Positions 47,023 through 56,655 are shown, counted from the stretch's first letter. The stretch is DNA of 64,000 nucleotides from Dehalococcoidia bacterium UBA2158 (GCA_002328185.1 DCWQ01000029.1:69951-133950), one strand, 5' to 3'. Numbers and translations: made by a program. The notes: generated by a model not told the origin, from the sequence alone.

Positions 47023-48675
47023 ATGACCAGTGAACAGACCCTGGATGGCACCGAACTGGATGTGGTAATCGTCGGCGCAGGGGTAAGCGGCTTATATGCC
47101 CTCTATCATCTACGCGGGCTCGGCTATCGGGTTCGAGTCTACGAGCAGGGTGGGGATGTCGGCGGCACCTGGTACTGGAATCGCTATCCTGGTTGTCGAT
47201 GCGATGTCGAAAGCCTTGAGTACTCATTTTCCTTCGACGAGAAACTAGAGCAAGAATGGCAATGGCCTGAACGGTACGGCACCCAGCCTGAGATCCTACG
47301 TTACGTCAACCATGTGGCTGATCGGCATAACTTGCGCAAAGACATCGTCTTCAACTGTCCGATCACGTCTGCAACGTTCAACGAGGACGCAAACCAGTGG
47401 GTGCTATCGACGGGGGGCGGACAACGTATAACTAGCCGGTTCTGCATCATGGCCACGGGCAACCTGTCAACACCGCGAGTTCCTGAATACGAGGGCTTAG
47501 ACGCCTTCCAAGGCAAGTGGTATCACACCGGGCAGTGGCCCCATGACGGTGTCGATTTCACTGGCCTGCGCGTTGGCGTTATCGGAACCGGCTCCTCCGG
47601 CGTGCAGTCCATCCCGATTATCGCCCGACAAGCAAGCCATCTCCATGTATTCCAGCGGACCCCACAATTCTCCCTGCCGGCCCGCAACGGCCCAATGGAT
47701 AGCGAGAAAGAAGCTGCGCACAAGGTCAACTACCGGGCCCTCCGTGAGGCTGCCTTCGATACGCCTTTCGGCATAGCTGGTTATCCGCCACCAACACGGT
47801 CGGCACTAGAAGTGCCGCACGACGAGCGACAGGCCTCCTACGAAGAAAAGTGGGCCGAAGGGGGCAGTATCAGCTTTCTGTACACCTATAAGGACCTCCT
47901 CCTTAACAAGGAGGCGAATGATACCGCGGCCGATTTCGTGCGCGATAAAATTCGGCAAACCGTCAAGGATCCGAAAGTAGCGGAAAAGCTTATCCCCTAC
48001 GACCACCCGATTGGAACCAAGCGCCTGATACTCGACAGCGGATACTTCGAGACCTACAACCGAGACAACGTCACTCTGGTCGACATTCGCGAAGCCCCAA
48101 TCGAGCGATTCACCCCGCAGGGATTACGGACAGCCGATGGGAACGATTACGAAATGGACGCGGTAGTTTTCGCAACCGGCTTCGATGCAATGACCGGGGC
48201 GCTGCGCAATATCGAACTGGACAACGGAGCAGGACTTACCATCCAGGACAAATGGTCGAATGGACCGCGTTGCTTCATGGGGCTGGCGATGGCCGGCTTC
48301 CCAAATCTATTCATGATCACCGGACCCCAGAGCCCATCGGTAAAGACTCAGATGATCCTGGGTGGCGAGCAGCATACTGAGTGGATCGCCGAATTCCTGG
48401 AGTATATGCGACTCAACGGCTTTACCCGGTTCAATGTTGAACAGCAAGCTGAGGATGCCTGGGTGCTGCACAACAATGACATCGCGGACTCGACGCTTTA
48501 TCCACTCGCAAACTCTTGGTATGTCGGTGCAAACGTTCCGGGCAAACCCCGCGTGTTCATGCCATACGTTGGGGGCTTCGACCACTACAAGAAAGCCTGC
48601 GACGAATTAGCTCAGAACGGTTATCCAGGCCTACAATTAAGTAGCCAAGGCCAAACATTAGATGCAGCTGATTGA
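47023..48675 (+). CDS. Baeyer-Villiger monooxygenase (type I, cyclohexanone/phenylacetone monooxygenase-like)
   Basis: 550 aa: VVIVGAGVSGL, GGTWYWNRYPGCRCD, FQGKWYHTGQWP (BVMO fingerprint FxGxxxHxxxWP), VGVIGTGSSG. Confidence 0.92.
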   Translation: MTSEQTLDGTELDVVIVGAGVSGLYALYHLRGLGYRVRVYEQGGDVGGTWYWNRYPGCRCDVESLEYSFSFDEKLEQEWQWPERYGTQPEILRYVNHVADRHNLRKDIVFNCPITSATFNEDANQWVLSTGGGQRITSRFCIMATGNLSTPRVPEYEGLDAFQGKWYHTGQWPHDGVDFTGLRVGVIGTGSSGVQSIPIIARQASHLHVFQRTPQFSLPARNGPMDSEKEAAHKVNYRALREAAFDTPFGIAGYPPPTRSALEVPHDERQASYEEKWAEGGSISFLYTYKDLLLNKEANDTAADFVRDKIRQTVKDPKVAEKLIPYDHPIGTKRLILDSGYFETYNRDNVTLVDIREAPIERFTPQGLRTADGNDYEMDAVVFATGFDAMTGALRNIELDNGAGLTIQDKWSNGPRCFMGLAMAGFPNLFMITGPQSPSVKTQMILGGEQHTEWIAEFLEYMRLNGFTRFNVEQQAEDAWVLHNNDIADSTLYPLANSWYVGANVPGKPRVFMPYVGGFDHYKKACDELAQNGYPGLQLSSQGQTLDAAD

Positions 48676-48881
48676 GGTAGATTACACGCAAGCCTTACAG
48701 TGGGCGGCCTAACATCGATCGGGCCTTCGGTTGTAGGGTATTGTCCTAATATGGGAAATTTCCCAAGGTCGTTAGTGTTAGCTGTTCGCCCAATAGAATG
48801 ATCGTCGATAGTGGTTGCTCACTTTCTGCTAAACCAAGGACTGACAGGGCGCAAGCAGAAGGTACGCCCTGGATAACAAAA

Positions 48882-48910
48882 GGGGGACCGGCTGAGCCGG
48901 TCCCCCTTTT
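48882..48910. terminator. bidirectional rho-independent terminator (dnaN on the minus side; BVMO region on the plus side)
   Basis: gggggaccggc (48882..48892) pairs with gccggtccccc (48896..48906), with an A-run before and a T-run after. It lies 30 nt downstream of the dnaN stop. Confidence 0.85.
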
Positions 48911-48939
48911 ATCTTAATGGAATGAATTATAGGCTTTGG

Positions 48940-50088
48940 TCACCATTGTACGAACATTGGCATGACCACGTGGATGTAGTCTTCGGAGTCGGTGGGTTTG
49001 AAGACGCCAGGGCTGGAGGATGTGGTGGTCTCCAGGGCTACTTTGCCTTTTTCGAGCACGGCCAGCACGTCCAGTAGATATCGGCTGTTGAAGGCTATCT
49101 TGCCTTCTTCGCCTTCGATCTCATCCAGGTCGACCACGTCTTGGTTGTCGCCGACTTCTTCGGAGCGGGCGGATATCTCCACCTTGGGAGGTTCGGTATC
49201 GGCGGCGGCCGGCATCAGGTGCATCCGGATGATGTTGCTGCCGTCCCTGGCGAAGATTGAAGCGGTCCGCGCGGCCCGAAGCACCGTTGGCAGGTCCATG
49301 ACGGCCCTGGTGGTGTAGCTCTGGGGTATTAGCTGCTCGTAGTTGGGGAAAGTGCCCTGGAGCAACTGGGAGACAATCTCAACGGTGTCGCCGCCCCCTA
49401 CCCGGAACATGACCTGTCCCTTCTCGGGAGTCATCAAGATCTCAACCGGCTCTTCCCGGTCGCCGATCAAGCGGTTCAACTCGTTCATTGTGCGTGCCGG
49501 GATGATCACGCTGACCTCATCAGGCACCGCCTTGAGCAAGGTTCCGTTCTGTACTGCCAGGCGGAACCCGTCAGCGGCTGCCATGGTGAACGTGCTTTCA
49601 TCCAGTTTGACCTCAACGCCGGTCAACACCGGACGGGATTCCTCGGTGGCGGCTGCGAAAGCTACCCGGGTGATAGCTGACTTCAAAACCAGAGGGTCAA
49701 CCTCGGCGGCAACCCCGTCATCCACCGTGGGAATGGGAGGGAACTCAGCGGCGTCGGTGATGTTGATGTGGGCGTCGGAGTTGCCTGAAGATATGTGCAG
49801 CAGACCGGAACCTTCGTCCAACTCCAGGTCGATCTTGTCGTTGGGCAGAGAGTTCACGAACTCGGTGAGCAGGCGGGCCGGCACCGTGATCGAGCCTTCC
49901 TCTTCGATCATCGCCCCGACCCACGTGGTCATAGCGATCTCCAGGTTGGTGGCCGACAGCTTCAGCATCGATTGATCGACGCTGAGCAGCACGTTCTGGG
50001 TCACCGGCAGGGTAGCCCTATTGGCGACCGCCCGGCCAACCACGGCCAGTCCTCTGCTGAGGTTCTCTTGCAAGCATGATATCTTCAT
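48940..50088 (-). CDS. dnaN: DNA polymerase III beta sliding clamp
   Basis: Track ORF 48940..50205. Start placed at ATG 50088 (MKISCLQENLSRGLAVVGRAV...), giving 382 aa with the typical three-domain length. C-terminus is YIHVVMPM. Confidence 0.93.
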   Translation of the reverse strand: MKISCLQENLSRGLAVVGRAVANRATLPVTQNVLLSVDQSMLKLSATNLEIAMTTWVGAMIEEEGSITVPARLLTEFVNSLPNDKIDLELDEGSGLLHISSGNSDAHINITDAAEFPPIPTVDDGVAAEVDPLVLKSAITRVAFAAATEESRPVLTGVEVKLDESTFTMAAADGFRLAVQNGTLLKAVPDEVSVIIPARTMNELNRLIGDREEPVEILMTPEKGQVMFRVGGGDTVEIVSQLLQGTFPNYEQLIPQSYTTRAVMDLPTVLRAARTASIFARDGSNIIRMHLMPAAADTEPPKVEISARSEEVGDNQDVVDLDEIEGEEGKIAFNSRYLLDVLAVLEKGKVALETTTSSSPGVFKPTDSEDYIHVVMPMFVQW

Positions 50089-50379
50089 CTTCCGCCCACC
50101 TGGTAGTTTGCTTGTAGCATTGATTGAAAAGTTGAAAGGCGTCCGCAGTGGACGCCGCTTCCGAGAAGGCCTGCGTATTATGTCATTCCACCTGGGGAAA
50201 AACAACTGAATCTGCGATTATATTTGCGGTTGTATTAACGGGGTATTCCCGATTGTTGGATTCGGTTTTTCCCTTCGGACGCCGATTATTCGGAGGGCCC
50301 TGTCTGCTATAATAGGCCCGCGCTAAAATCAGATCGGTTTTTCGCTGCTCGCGCACCCAGATTCGAGCCCGCAAACCCG

Positions 50380-51105
50380 ATGCCGGAAGTCCAGATGACC
50401 GAACTGCTTTTCCATACTGAAAGTTACCTCAAGGAATTCGAGGCCACCGTGACCGACGTGGGCAACGGCGGCGTTGTTCTGGACCGTACCGCCTTCTATA
50501 CCGGCGGCGGCGGCCAGCCCACCGATACCGGCACACTGAGCACCAGCGGCCAAGAATACCAGGTAACCGGAATCAAGCGGGTCGATGGCAACCTGGTCCA
50601 CCAGATAACCGGCGATCTACCTGCCAATGGCGCAACGGTGAAAGGCGAAATCGACTGGGAGCGCCGCTACCTACTGATGCGGACCCATACTGCCCTCCAT
50701 ATCCTCTGCGGCGTCGTCTGGCGTGACTACGGCGCGTCGGTGACCGGTGGCGACATGAAACCCGGCGAGGGCCGCATGGACTTTGAATTCGAAAACTTCT
50801 CAGCCGAGTTCGTCGAGGAGTTGGAGGCGAAGGTCAACGCCGAGGTCACTCAAGACCGAGACATCAGCGTCAATAACCTCACCCGGGCAGAGGCCGACAA
50901 GATGCCGGACCTGATCCGTACTAAGATCAACTTGCTGCCGCCCAACATCCAAGAGATACGAACCATCGACATCCATGGGCTGGACCTGCAGGCCGACGGC
51001 GGGACCCACGTGGCCAACACCCGCGAGGTCGGAGTCATCAAGGTGGTCGGTCACGAGAGCAAGGGCCGCATCAACAAGCGAATCCGGATCGCCCTTGAGG
51101 GATAG
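50380..51105 (+). CDS. AlaX-like alanyl-tRNA editing domain protein (COG2872 type)
   Basis: 241 aa: FHTESYLKEFEATV..., RTAFYTGGGGQPTD, HTALHIL (HxxxH), GGTHV. The residue before GGTH is Asp rather than the usual Cys. Confidence 0.75.
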   Translation: MPEVQMTELLFHTESYLKEFEATVTDVGNGGVVLDRTAFYTGGGGQPTDTGTLSTSGQEYQVTGIKRVDGNLVHQITGDLPANGATVKGEIDWERRYLLMRTHTALHILCGVVWRDYGASVTGGDMKPGEGRMDFEFENFSAEFVEELEAKVNAEVTQDRDISVNNLTRAEADKMPDLIRTKINLLPPNIQEIRTIDIHGLDLQADGGTHVANTREVGVIKVVGHESKGRINKRIRIALEG

Positions 51106-51162
51106 GCTCCCTTCCATTTCCGTACTCAATCCAAACAATTTCCCCCGGAGGCGTATTTCTCA

Positions 51163-53244
51163 ATGCCCAGCAACTCCGCTAATGACCTGAATGCGCTGCA
51201 CCGAGTTGTAGGGATTGATGTGGGCGGGACATTCACCGACATTGCCGTCTTGGAAGACGGGAAACTGACGGTCCACAAGCTGCCTTCCACTCCGGCCGAC
51301 CCTTCCCAGGGGATACTGCAAGGCGTGAAGGAGACCGGCGTCACCACTGCGGAATTCGTCCATGGATCCACCGTCGCAACCAACGCATTGCTGGAGGGCA
51401 AGGGCGCCCGAACCGCGTTAGTCACTACCATGGGATTTGAAGACGTGTTGGAGATTGGCCGCCAGAGCCGCGCAGAACTCTACAATTTTGAGATGGACCG
51501 GGCCCCGGCCTTGGTGCCCTGGGATCTGCGCTTTGGACTGCCGGAACGGATCGACCACACCGGGACCATCGTCGAAGATTTAACATCGGAGTCCATCCAA
51601 ACCCTGATTGGGTTGCTGGAAGACAGCCAAGCCGAATCAGTGGCCGTCTCTTTCCTGTTCTCATTCCTGAACACGGCCCACGAAGACTTGGTTTTGAACG
51701 CGCTGCGGAAGATGAAAAATCCGCCGTATATCTCGATCTCTTCACAGGTGCTGCCTGAATTCAGGGAGTACGAACGAGCCAGCACCGTAGTGGTCAACGC
51801 ATATGTAGGCCAGGTGATGAGCCGGTACCTGGGAGAGTTGGAAGGGCCTCTCGGCACGGGACTGCGTATCATGCAGTCGTCCGGGGGCAGCATCACGGCC
51901 CGTTTAGCTTCAGAACAGCCGGTGCGCACCATCCTGAGCGGCCCGGCCGGCGGCGTGGTCGGCGCGTTCTACACGGCGATGCAGGCTGGCTATCCCGACA
52001 TCATCACCGTGGACATGGGCGGCACATCCACCGACGTCTCTCTGTGCCCCGGCGAGATCAAAGAAACCACTTCCTCCCACGTTGGCGGCTACCCCATCGG
52101 AGTGCCCATGATCGACATTCACACCGTCGGGGCCGGCGGCGGTTCAATCGCCCGTATGGACACCGGCGGCGCGTTAGTCGTAGGCCCGGAATCGGCCGGA
52201 GCGGAACCCGGCCCCGCCTGCTACGGCAGGGGAGACCAACTAACCGTCACCGATGCTAATCTGCTGCTGGGACGCCTGTTGCCCGACCGGTTCTTGGGTG
52301 GCCGGATGACCCTCGATCCGGGTCGGGTTGAAGGGTTAATGCAGACCCTCGCAAGACGTATAAATACCGATGCAGTCCAGGCTGCTCTGGGTATCAACAG
52401 GGTGGTCAACGCCAACATGGAACGGGCCATTCGCACCATATCCCTGGAGCGCGGCTACGACCCGCGGCTGTTCACCCTGGTGCCATTCGGCGGCGCCGGG
52501 CCGATGCACGCCTGCGAGCTGGCCCAGGAACTCGGGATTCCCGGGGTCTTGGTACCGTCTCGCCCTGGCATACTCTCAGCGTTGGGAGTGGCCATAGCCG
52601 ACATCGTGAAGGATTACTCCCGCACGGTCATGCTGCGGGGCGCCGACTTGGACCGGGCGCGGGTAGACGAGGAGTTCCAGGGCATGGAGGGTCTGGCCAG
52701 GACTGAAATGTCCGGCGAGGGTTTATCGGTGGACAAGATGGTTGCCCGCCGGTTCTTAGACGTGCGTTACGTCGGCCAGTCGTTTGAGCTGACCGTGGAC
52801 TATCCGTCCCCCGCCACCAAGGCCGAATTGACCAAGGTGATTGGAAATGCGTTCTACAAGGCCCATCTTCGGCGGTTCGGTTACGCCGACAAGAACGAGC
52901 CTGTAGAAGTGGTGAACCTGCGTCTGAAACTGGATGTGGCCATGGAAAAACCGGCCATCGAACCCCAGAGCACCAGGGCGACAGACCCCAAGCCTGCTCT
53001 GATCGGCGAGGCCGAAGTGGTCTTCCAAGAGGGCGCGATGAACTCGCCGCTATACCAGAGGGAAGAACTGGTCTGCGGCAATCGCATATCAGGACCGGCG
53101 CTGGTGGTCCAGATGGACTGCACCACGGTTGTACCTCCCGGCTGGAGCGGCGCGGTGGACCCCTTCGGCAATCTGCTGCTGAACCGCATTGGCGTCAAAC
53201 AAGAGTTTATCGGAGTACACCATGGCCCAAGTGTCTCAGGATAA
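51163..53244 (+). CDS. hydantoinase/oxoprolinase family A subunit (HyuA-like, ATP-dependent lactamase/carboxylase family)
   Basis: 693 aa: VGIDVGGTFTDIAV, GSTVATNALLE, DMGGTSTDV. Confidence 0.9.
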   Translation: MPSNSANDLNALHRVVGIDVGGTFTDIAVLEDGKLTVHKLPSTPADPSQGILQGVKETGVTTAEFVHGSTVATNALLEGKGARTALVTTMGFEDVLEIGRQSRAELYNFEMDRAPALVPWDLRFGLPERIDHTGTIVEDLTSESIQTLIGLLEDSQAESVAVSFLFSFLNTAHEDLVLNALRKMKNPPYISISSQVLPEFREYERASTVVVNAYVGQVMSRYLGELEGPLGTGLRIMQSSGGSITARLASEQPVRTILSGPAGGVVGAFYTAMQAGYPDIITVDMGGTSTDVSLCPGEIKETTSSHVGGYPIGVPMIDIHTVGAGGGSIARMDTGGALVVGPESAGAEPGPACYGRGDQLTVTDANLLLGRLLPDRFLGGRMTLDPGRVEGLMQTLARRINTDAVQAALGINRVVNANMERAIRTISLERGYDPRLFTLVPFGGAGPMHACELAQELGIPGVLVPSRPGILSALGVAIADIVKDYSRTVMLRGADLDRARVDEEFQGMEGLARTEMSGEGLSVDKMVARRFLDVRYVGQSFELTVDYPSPATKAELTKVIGNAFYKAHLRRFGYADKNEPVEVVNLRLKLDVAMEKPAIEPQSTRATDPKPALIGEAEVVFQEGAMNSPLYQREELVCGNRISGPALVVQMDCTTVVPPGWSGAVDPFGNLLLNRIGVKQEFIGVHHGPSVSG

Positions 53245-54043
53245 TCCCAAACTTACAGTGCTAAGCATATTCGCCCATCCAGACGACGAAGCCTTCGGAT
53301 CCGGAGGGACGTTGGCTGAGTTGGCGCGGAAAGGCCACAAAATGACTAACGTTTGCGCCACCAACGGCGACGTGGGAGAGATCAGCGACCCGTCCCTGGC
53401 CAACTGCGACAACCTCTGGCAGGTCCGTCAAGAGGAAATGCTGAACGCCATGGCAGTAACCGGGATCTCGGACGTGCGGTTCCTCGGTTACCGGGACTCG
53501 GGTATGGACGGCACTCCGGACAACAACAACCCTGCCAGCCTGTATCAGGCCGACCCAGCCAAGGTTGAGGCACAAATATCGGCTTTGATGGAAGAGCTGA
53601 AGCCGGACATCGTTTTCACCCACGACCCCACAGGAGGCTACGGTCACCCGGACCACGTAACCGTGTACCATCGCATCACCGCGGTGATCGAGGCTATGAC
53701 CGGGGAGCGCCCTCACGTGTATCACATATGTTTCCCGAAAAAGAATTTCAAGAAACTATGGCAGGACATGACCGACGCCGGGATCACACCCCCGTTCGCC
53801 AAGGAGCAATTAAATGATATTGGATCTCCCGACGACTACGTCACCACGGTTAGAGACGTATCGGATTACGTCGACATCAAGAAAGAATCATTGAGCTGCC
53901 ATCGGACTCAGGTTGACCCCGACGGCCCGTTCAGCTTGCTGGCCCCAACGGTGTTGACCGCCTGGATGGGCACCGAGTACTTCTATTTGGTCCCGCCCAC
54001 CAACGGCGAAACCCACGAAGATATCCTGCTGGACCTAGCCTAG
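53222..54043 (+). CDS. PIG-L / LmbE family deacetylase
   Basis: Track ORF 53189..54043. Start placed at ATG 53222 (GGAG upstream). Motifs: VLSIFAHPDDEAFGSGGTLA and GGYGHPDHV. It overlaps the hyuA-like stop by 23 nt. Confidence 0.85.
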   Translation: MAQVSQDNPKLTVLSIFAHPDDEAFGSGGTLAELARKGHKMTNVCATNGDVGEISDPSLANCDNLWQVRQEEMLNAMAVTGISDVRFLGYRDSGMDGTPDNNNPASLYQADPAKVEAQISALMEELKPDIVFTHDPTGGYGHPDHVTVYHRITAVIEAMTGERPHVYHICFPKKNFKKLWQDMTDAGITPPFAKEQLNDIGSPDDYVTTVRDVSDYVDIKKESLSCHRTQVDPDGPFSLLAPTVLTAWMGTEYFYLVPPTNGETHEDILLDLA

Positions 54044-54079
54044 GATGATCAGAGTTAGCCCAAGTCAAAGAGGTAACAG

Positions 54080-55675
54080 ATGCCTGTAGACCCGGTGAGC
54101 CTACAAGTTTTCAAGAGCAAGTTTGAGTCGGTGGCCGAGGAGATGGGCGTTGCGCTGCAGCGGACCGCTTACTCGCCCAACATCAAAGAACGGCGCGATT
54201 TCTCATGCGCGATGTTCAATCCTCAGGGTGACATGGTGGCTCAGGCTGCCGATATTCCGGTGCACCTGGGCGCGATGCCGGCGTCGGTGAAGGCCGCCCT
54301 TGAGGTATTCCCCGATTCACTGAACCCCGGTGATATCGTGATGCTCAACGACCCCTATAAAGGAGGCAGCCACCTACCCGACATCACCATGGTCGCGCCC
54401 ATCTACGCCGAACGGGACGGCAAGAAAGAACTGGCCGGCTTCGTGGCAAACCGGGGCCACCACGCCGATGTTGGCGGCATGACCCCCGGCTCCCTCCCTC
54501 TGTCGACTGAGCTGTACCAAGAGGGGACCATCATCCCTCCCATCAAGCTGGCCCGCCGCGGTCGGTTGAACCAAGAAATCATCCAGTTGATCTGCCGAAA
54601 TTCCAGGACCCCTGACGAGCGCAAGGGCGACCTGGCCGCTCAGACCGCCGCCATCAAGGTCGGCGAACAGCGCATGCGAGAGGTCACCGAGCGCTACGGC
54701 TTGGCCGATACCTTGGAACATATGGCGGCGCTTTTAGACTACACAGAACGGGTGACCCGGCGGGCCATCTCCAAGATTCCCGACGGCCGCTATCAAGTGA
54801 CTGACTACATGGACGACGACGGCCTAACCCAGGAGCTGGTGCCCATCACCGTGGCCATCACGGTCTCTGGCGATGAGATGGAGATTGATTTTACGGGCAC
54901 GTCGCCCCAACGGTCCGGCTGTATCAACGCGCCTGTTGCAGTCACCAGCTCAGCCTGCCTGTACGTGGTGCGCTGCCTGCTGGACGAACAAGCCCCGGCC
55001 AACCAAGGCTGCTTCCGTCCCCTGAACATCATCACGCCCCTGGGCTGCTTGGTTAACCCCGAACCCCAGCGAGGGGTAGCTGCCGGCAACGTAGAGACTT
55101 CACAGCGGATCACGGACGTTCTGCTGGGCGCGCTGGCCCAGGCCCTACCAGATGTCATCCCGGCCGCCAGCCAGGGCACCATGAACAACATGATCATCGG
55201 CGGGCACGACCCGGTCCGGAACAAGCCCTTTGTCTACTACGAGACCATCGCCGGAGGCATGGGCGGCAGACCAGACAAGGACGGCATCTCGGCCATCCAC
55301 ACCCACATGACCAACACCATGAACACCCCCGTGGAAGCCATGGAGTTCGCTTTTCCCCTCCGTCTCAAGCGGTACGCGGTGCGGCGCGGCTCCGGCGGCG
55401 ACGGCAAGTTCAAGGGTGGAGACGGCGTCATCCGGGAAGTGGAGTTCCTTGGCCCAGCCAGAGTCACTCTGATGTCGGAACGGCGCAAACTGCCTCCCCC
55501 CGGCTATCACGGCGGGCATCACGGAGAACCGGGCGAGAACGTCCTGCTGCGGGGTGGGTATGAGGAGATCACCTTGGCCGGCAAGGAATTAGTGGACGTC
55601 GAGGCAGGAGATGTTATCAGCATCCGCACCCCCGGCGCCGGCGGATGGGGCGCGCCCGAAGGAGATCAGGGTTAG
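54080..55675 (+). CDS. hydantoinase B / oxoprolinase family B subunit (HyuB-like)
   Basis: 531 aa: DPVSLQVFKSKFESVAEEMG, IKERRDFSCA, NDPYKGGSHLPD. Confidence 0.9.
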   Translation: MPVDPVSLQVFKSKFESVAEEMGVALQRTAYSPNIKERRDFSCAMFNPQGDMVAQAADIPVHLGAMPASVKAALEVFPDSLNPGDIVMLNDPYKGGSHLPDITMVAPIYAERDGKKELAGFVANRGHHADVGGMTPGSLPLSTELYQEGTIIPPIKLARRGRLNQEIIQLICRNSRTPDERKGDLAAQTAAIKVGEQRMREVTERYGLADTLEHMAALLDYTERVTRRAISKIPDGRYQVTDYMDDDGLTQELVPITVAITVSGDEMEIDFTGTSPQRSGCINAPVAVTSSACLYVVRCLLDEQAPANQGCFRPLNIITPLGCLVNPEPQRGVAAGNVETSQRITDVLLGALAQALPDVIPAASQGTMNNMIIGGHDPVRNKPFVYYETIAGGMGGRPDKDGISAIHTHMTNTMNTPVEAMEFAFPLRLKRYAVRRGSGGDGKFKGGDGVIREVEFLGPARVTLMSERRKLPPPGYHGGHHGEPGENVLLRGGYEEITLAGKELVDVEAGDVISIRTPGAGGWGAPEGDQG

Positions 55676-55677
55676 CT

Positions 55678-56169
55678 GTGATCGCTAAACGACTCACCTC
55701 TGTAGCGCTGGTGGTGCTGTTTGCCGGGTTGCTGGCGGCATGCTCCGGTGACGGAACCCCGCCACGTGATCTACTCCTGGGCCCACGAGATTTTCCGGAA
55801 ACGGCGGTCACCAAGACCAATCGTGAGGATGGGTCGACCAACCTGGACGAACCCGCCGTCCAGGTTGTCCTGAGCAGCCCCGAATTCAATCTCGTTGAAA
55901 GTCTGGTGCTATTTAAGAATGGGGACATCGCCAGAAGCATTTTGGCCGGCATCAAGCAGGACCAGGTCGCCCAGGGAGTGACGGCCGAGGCGGTGGCGGG
56001 CTTTGAAGACAACACGGGGGTTATGAGCGAGCAGTTGAACGGGGAAGATGCGTCAACCGTGTTCTTCGTGGAGGGTCGCGCCCTGATCCGGCTGACTTTG
56101 AGCGGGGAAGGCGGAGATGAAATGGTATGGGCATTCGCCCGGCTAGCCCGTGAAAAATCGGGGGGTTGA
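55678..56169 (+). CDS. lipoprotein of unknown function
   Basis: Track ORF 55645..56169. GTG 55678 gives VIAKRLTSVALVVLFAGLLAAC-SGD, a signal peptide plus lipobox. It starts directly after the hyuB-like stop. Confidence 0.6.
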   Translation: MIAKRLTSVALVVLFAGLLAACSGDGTPPRDLLLGPRDFPETAVTKTNREDGSTNLDEPAVQVVLSSPEFNLVESLVLFKNGDIARSILAGIKQDQVAQGVTAEAVAGFEDNTGVMSEQLNGEDASTVFFVEGRALIRLTLSGEGGDEMVWAFARLAREKSGG

Positions 56170-56353
56170 CCAAACCCAACCGGATTACCTGTGGACGTGC
56201 TGGGTTCTGTCGAGTAAACTAGGGCCGGTTGCAGTACAGCGGCTAGGCTAGGTCTAAGGTTTCATAAACCCAGATCTCCGCATGATTGCACAGAAAATTT
56301 GCCAGGTTGGGGCCCGACTCTCCAGTTAGGCCAACAACGGGAGGAGATTGAAC

Positions 56354-56554
56354 ATGGTTAGATTCGCACGTTGTAACTCCCTACTTTCTTTGGCTCTCGA
56401 CGCTTCCGGTAAGGGTTGCCGTTATGTCGCTAAAGGTGATGACGACGACGCTGTCGTTAAAGACATGAGTGAGCACCTGACATCCGTCCACCAGGTTGAC
56501 CCTGGTATCATGAAGTTCAACATCCTGGCGTCGACCAGGACCCACAACAGCTAG
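56354..56554 (+). CDS. DUF1059 small protein
   Basis: MVRFARC..GKGCRYVAKGDDDDAVVKDMSEHLTSVH. GGAGGAG upstream. A terminator follows. Confidence 0.6.
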   Translation: MVRFARCNSLLSLALDASGKGCRYVAKGDDDDAVVKDMSEHLTSVHQVDPGIMKFNILASTRTHNS

Positions 56555-56590
56555 GTAACCGCGAAACCGGCTCACGCCCGCCAACAACGG

Positions 56591-56640
56591 AAACAAGAAA
56601 AACCCAGTCCTTCTACCGAAAGACTGGGCTTTTCTTGTTT
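56591..56640 (+). terminator. rho-independent terminator
   Basis: cccagtc (56603..56609) pairs with gactggg (56622..56628), flanked by aacaagaaaa/ttttcttgtt, with a T-rich tail. Confidence 0.75.
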
Positions 56641-56655
56641 ATCTAATCCCTCATC

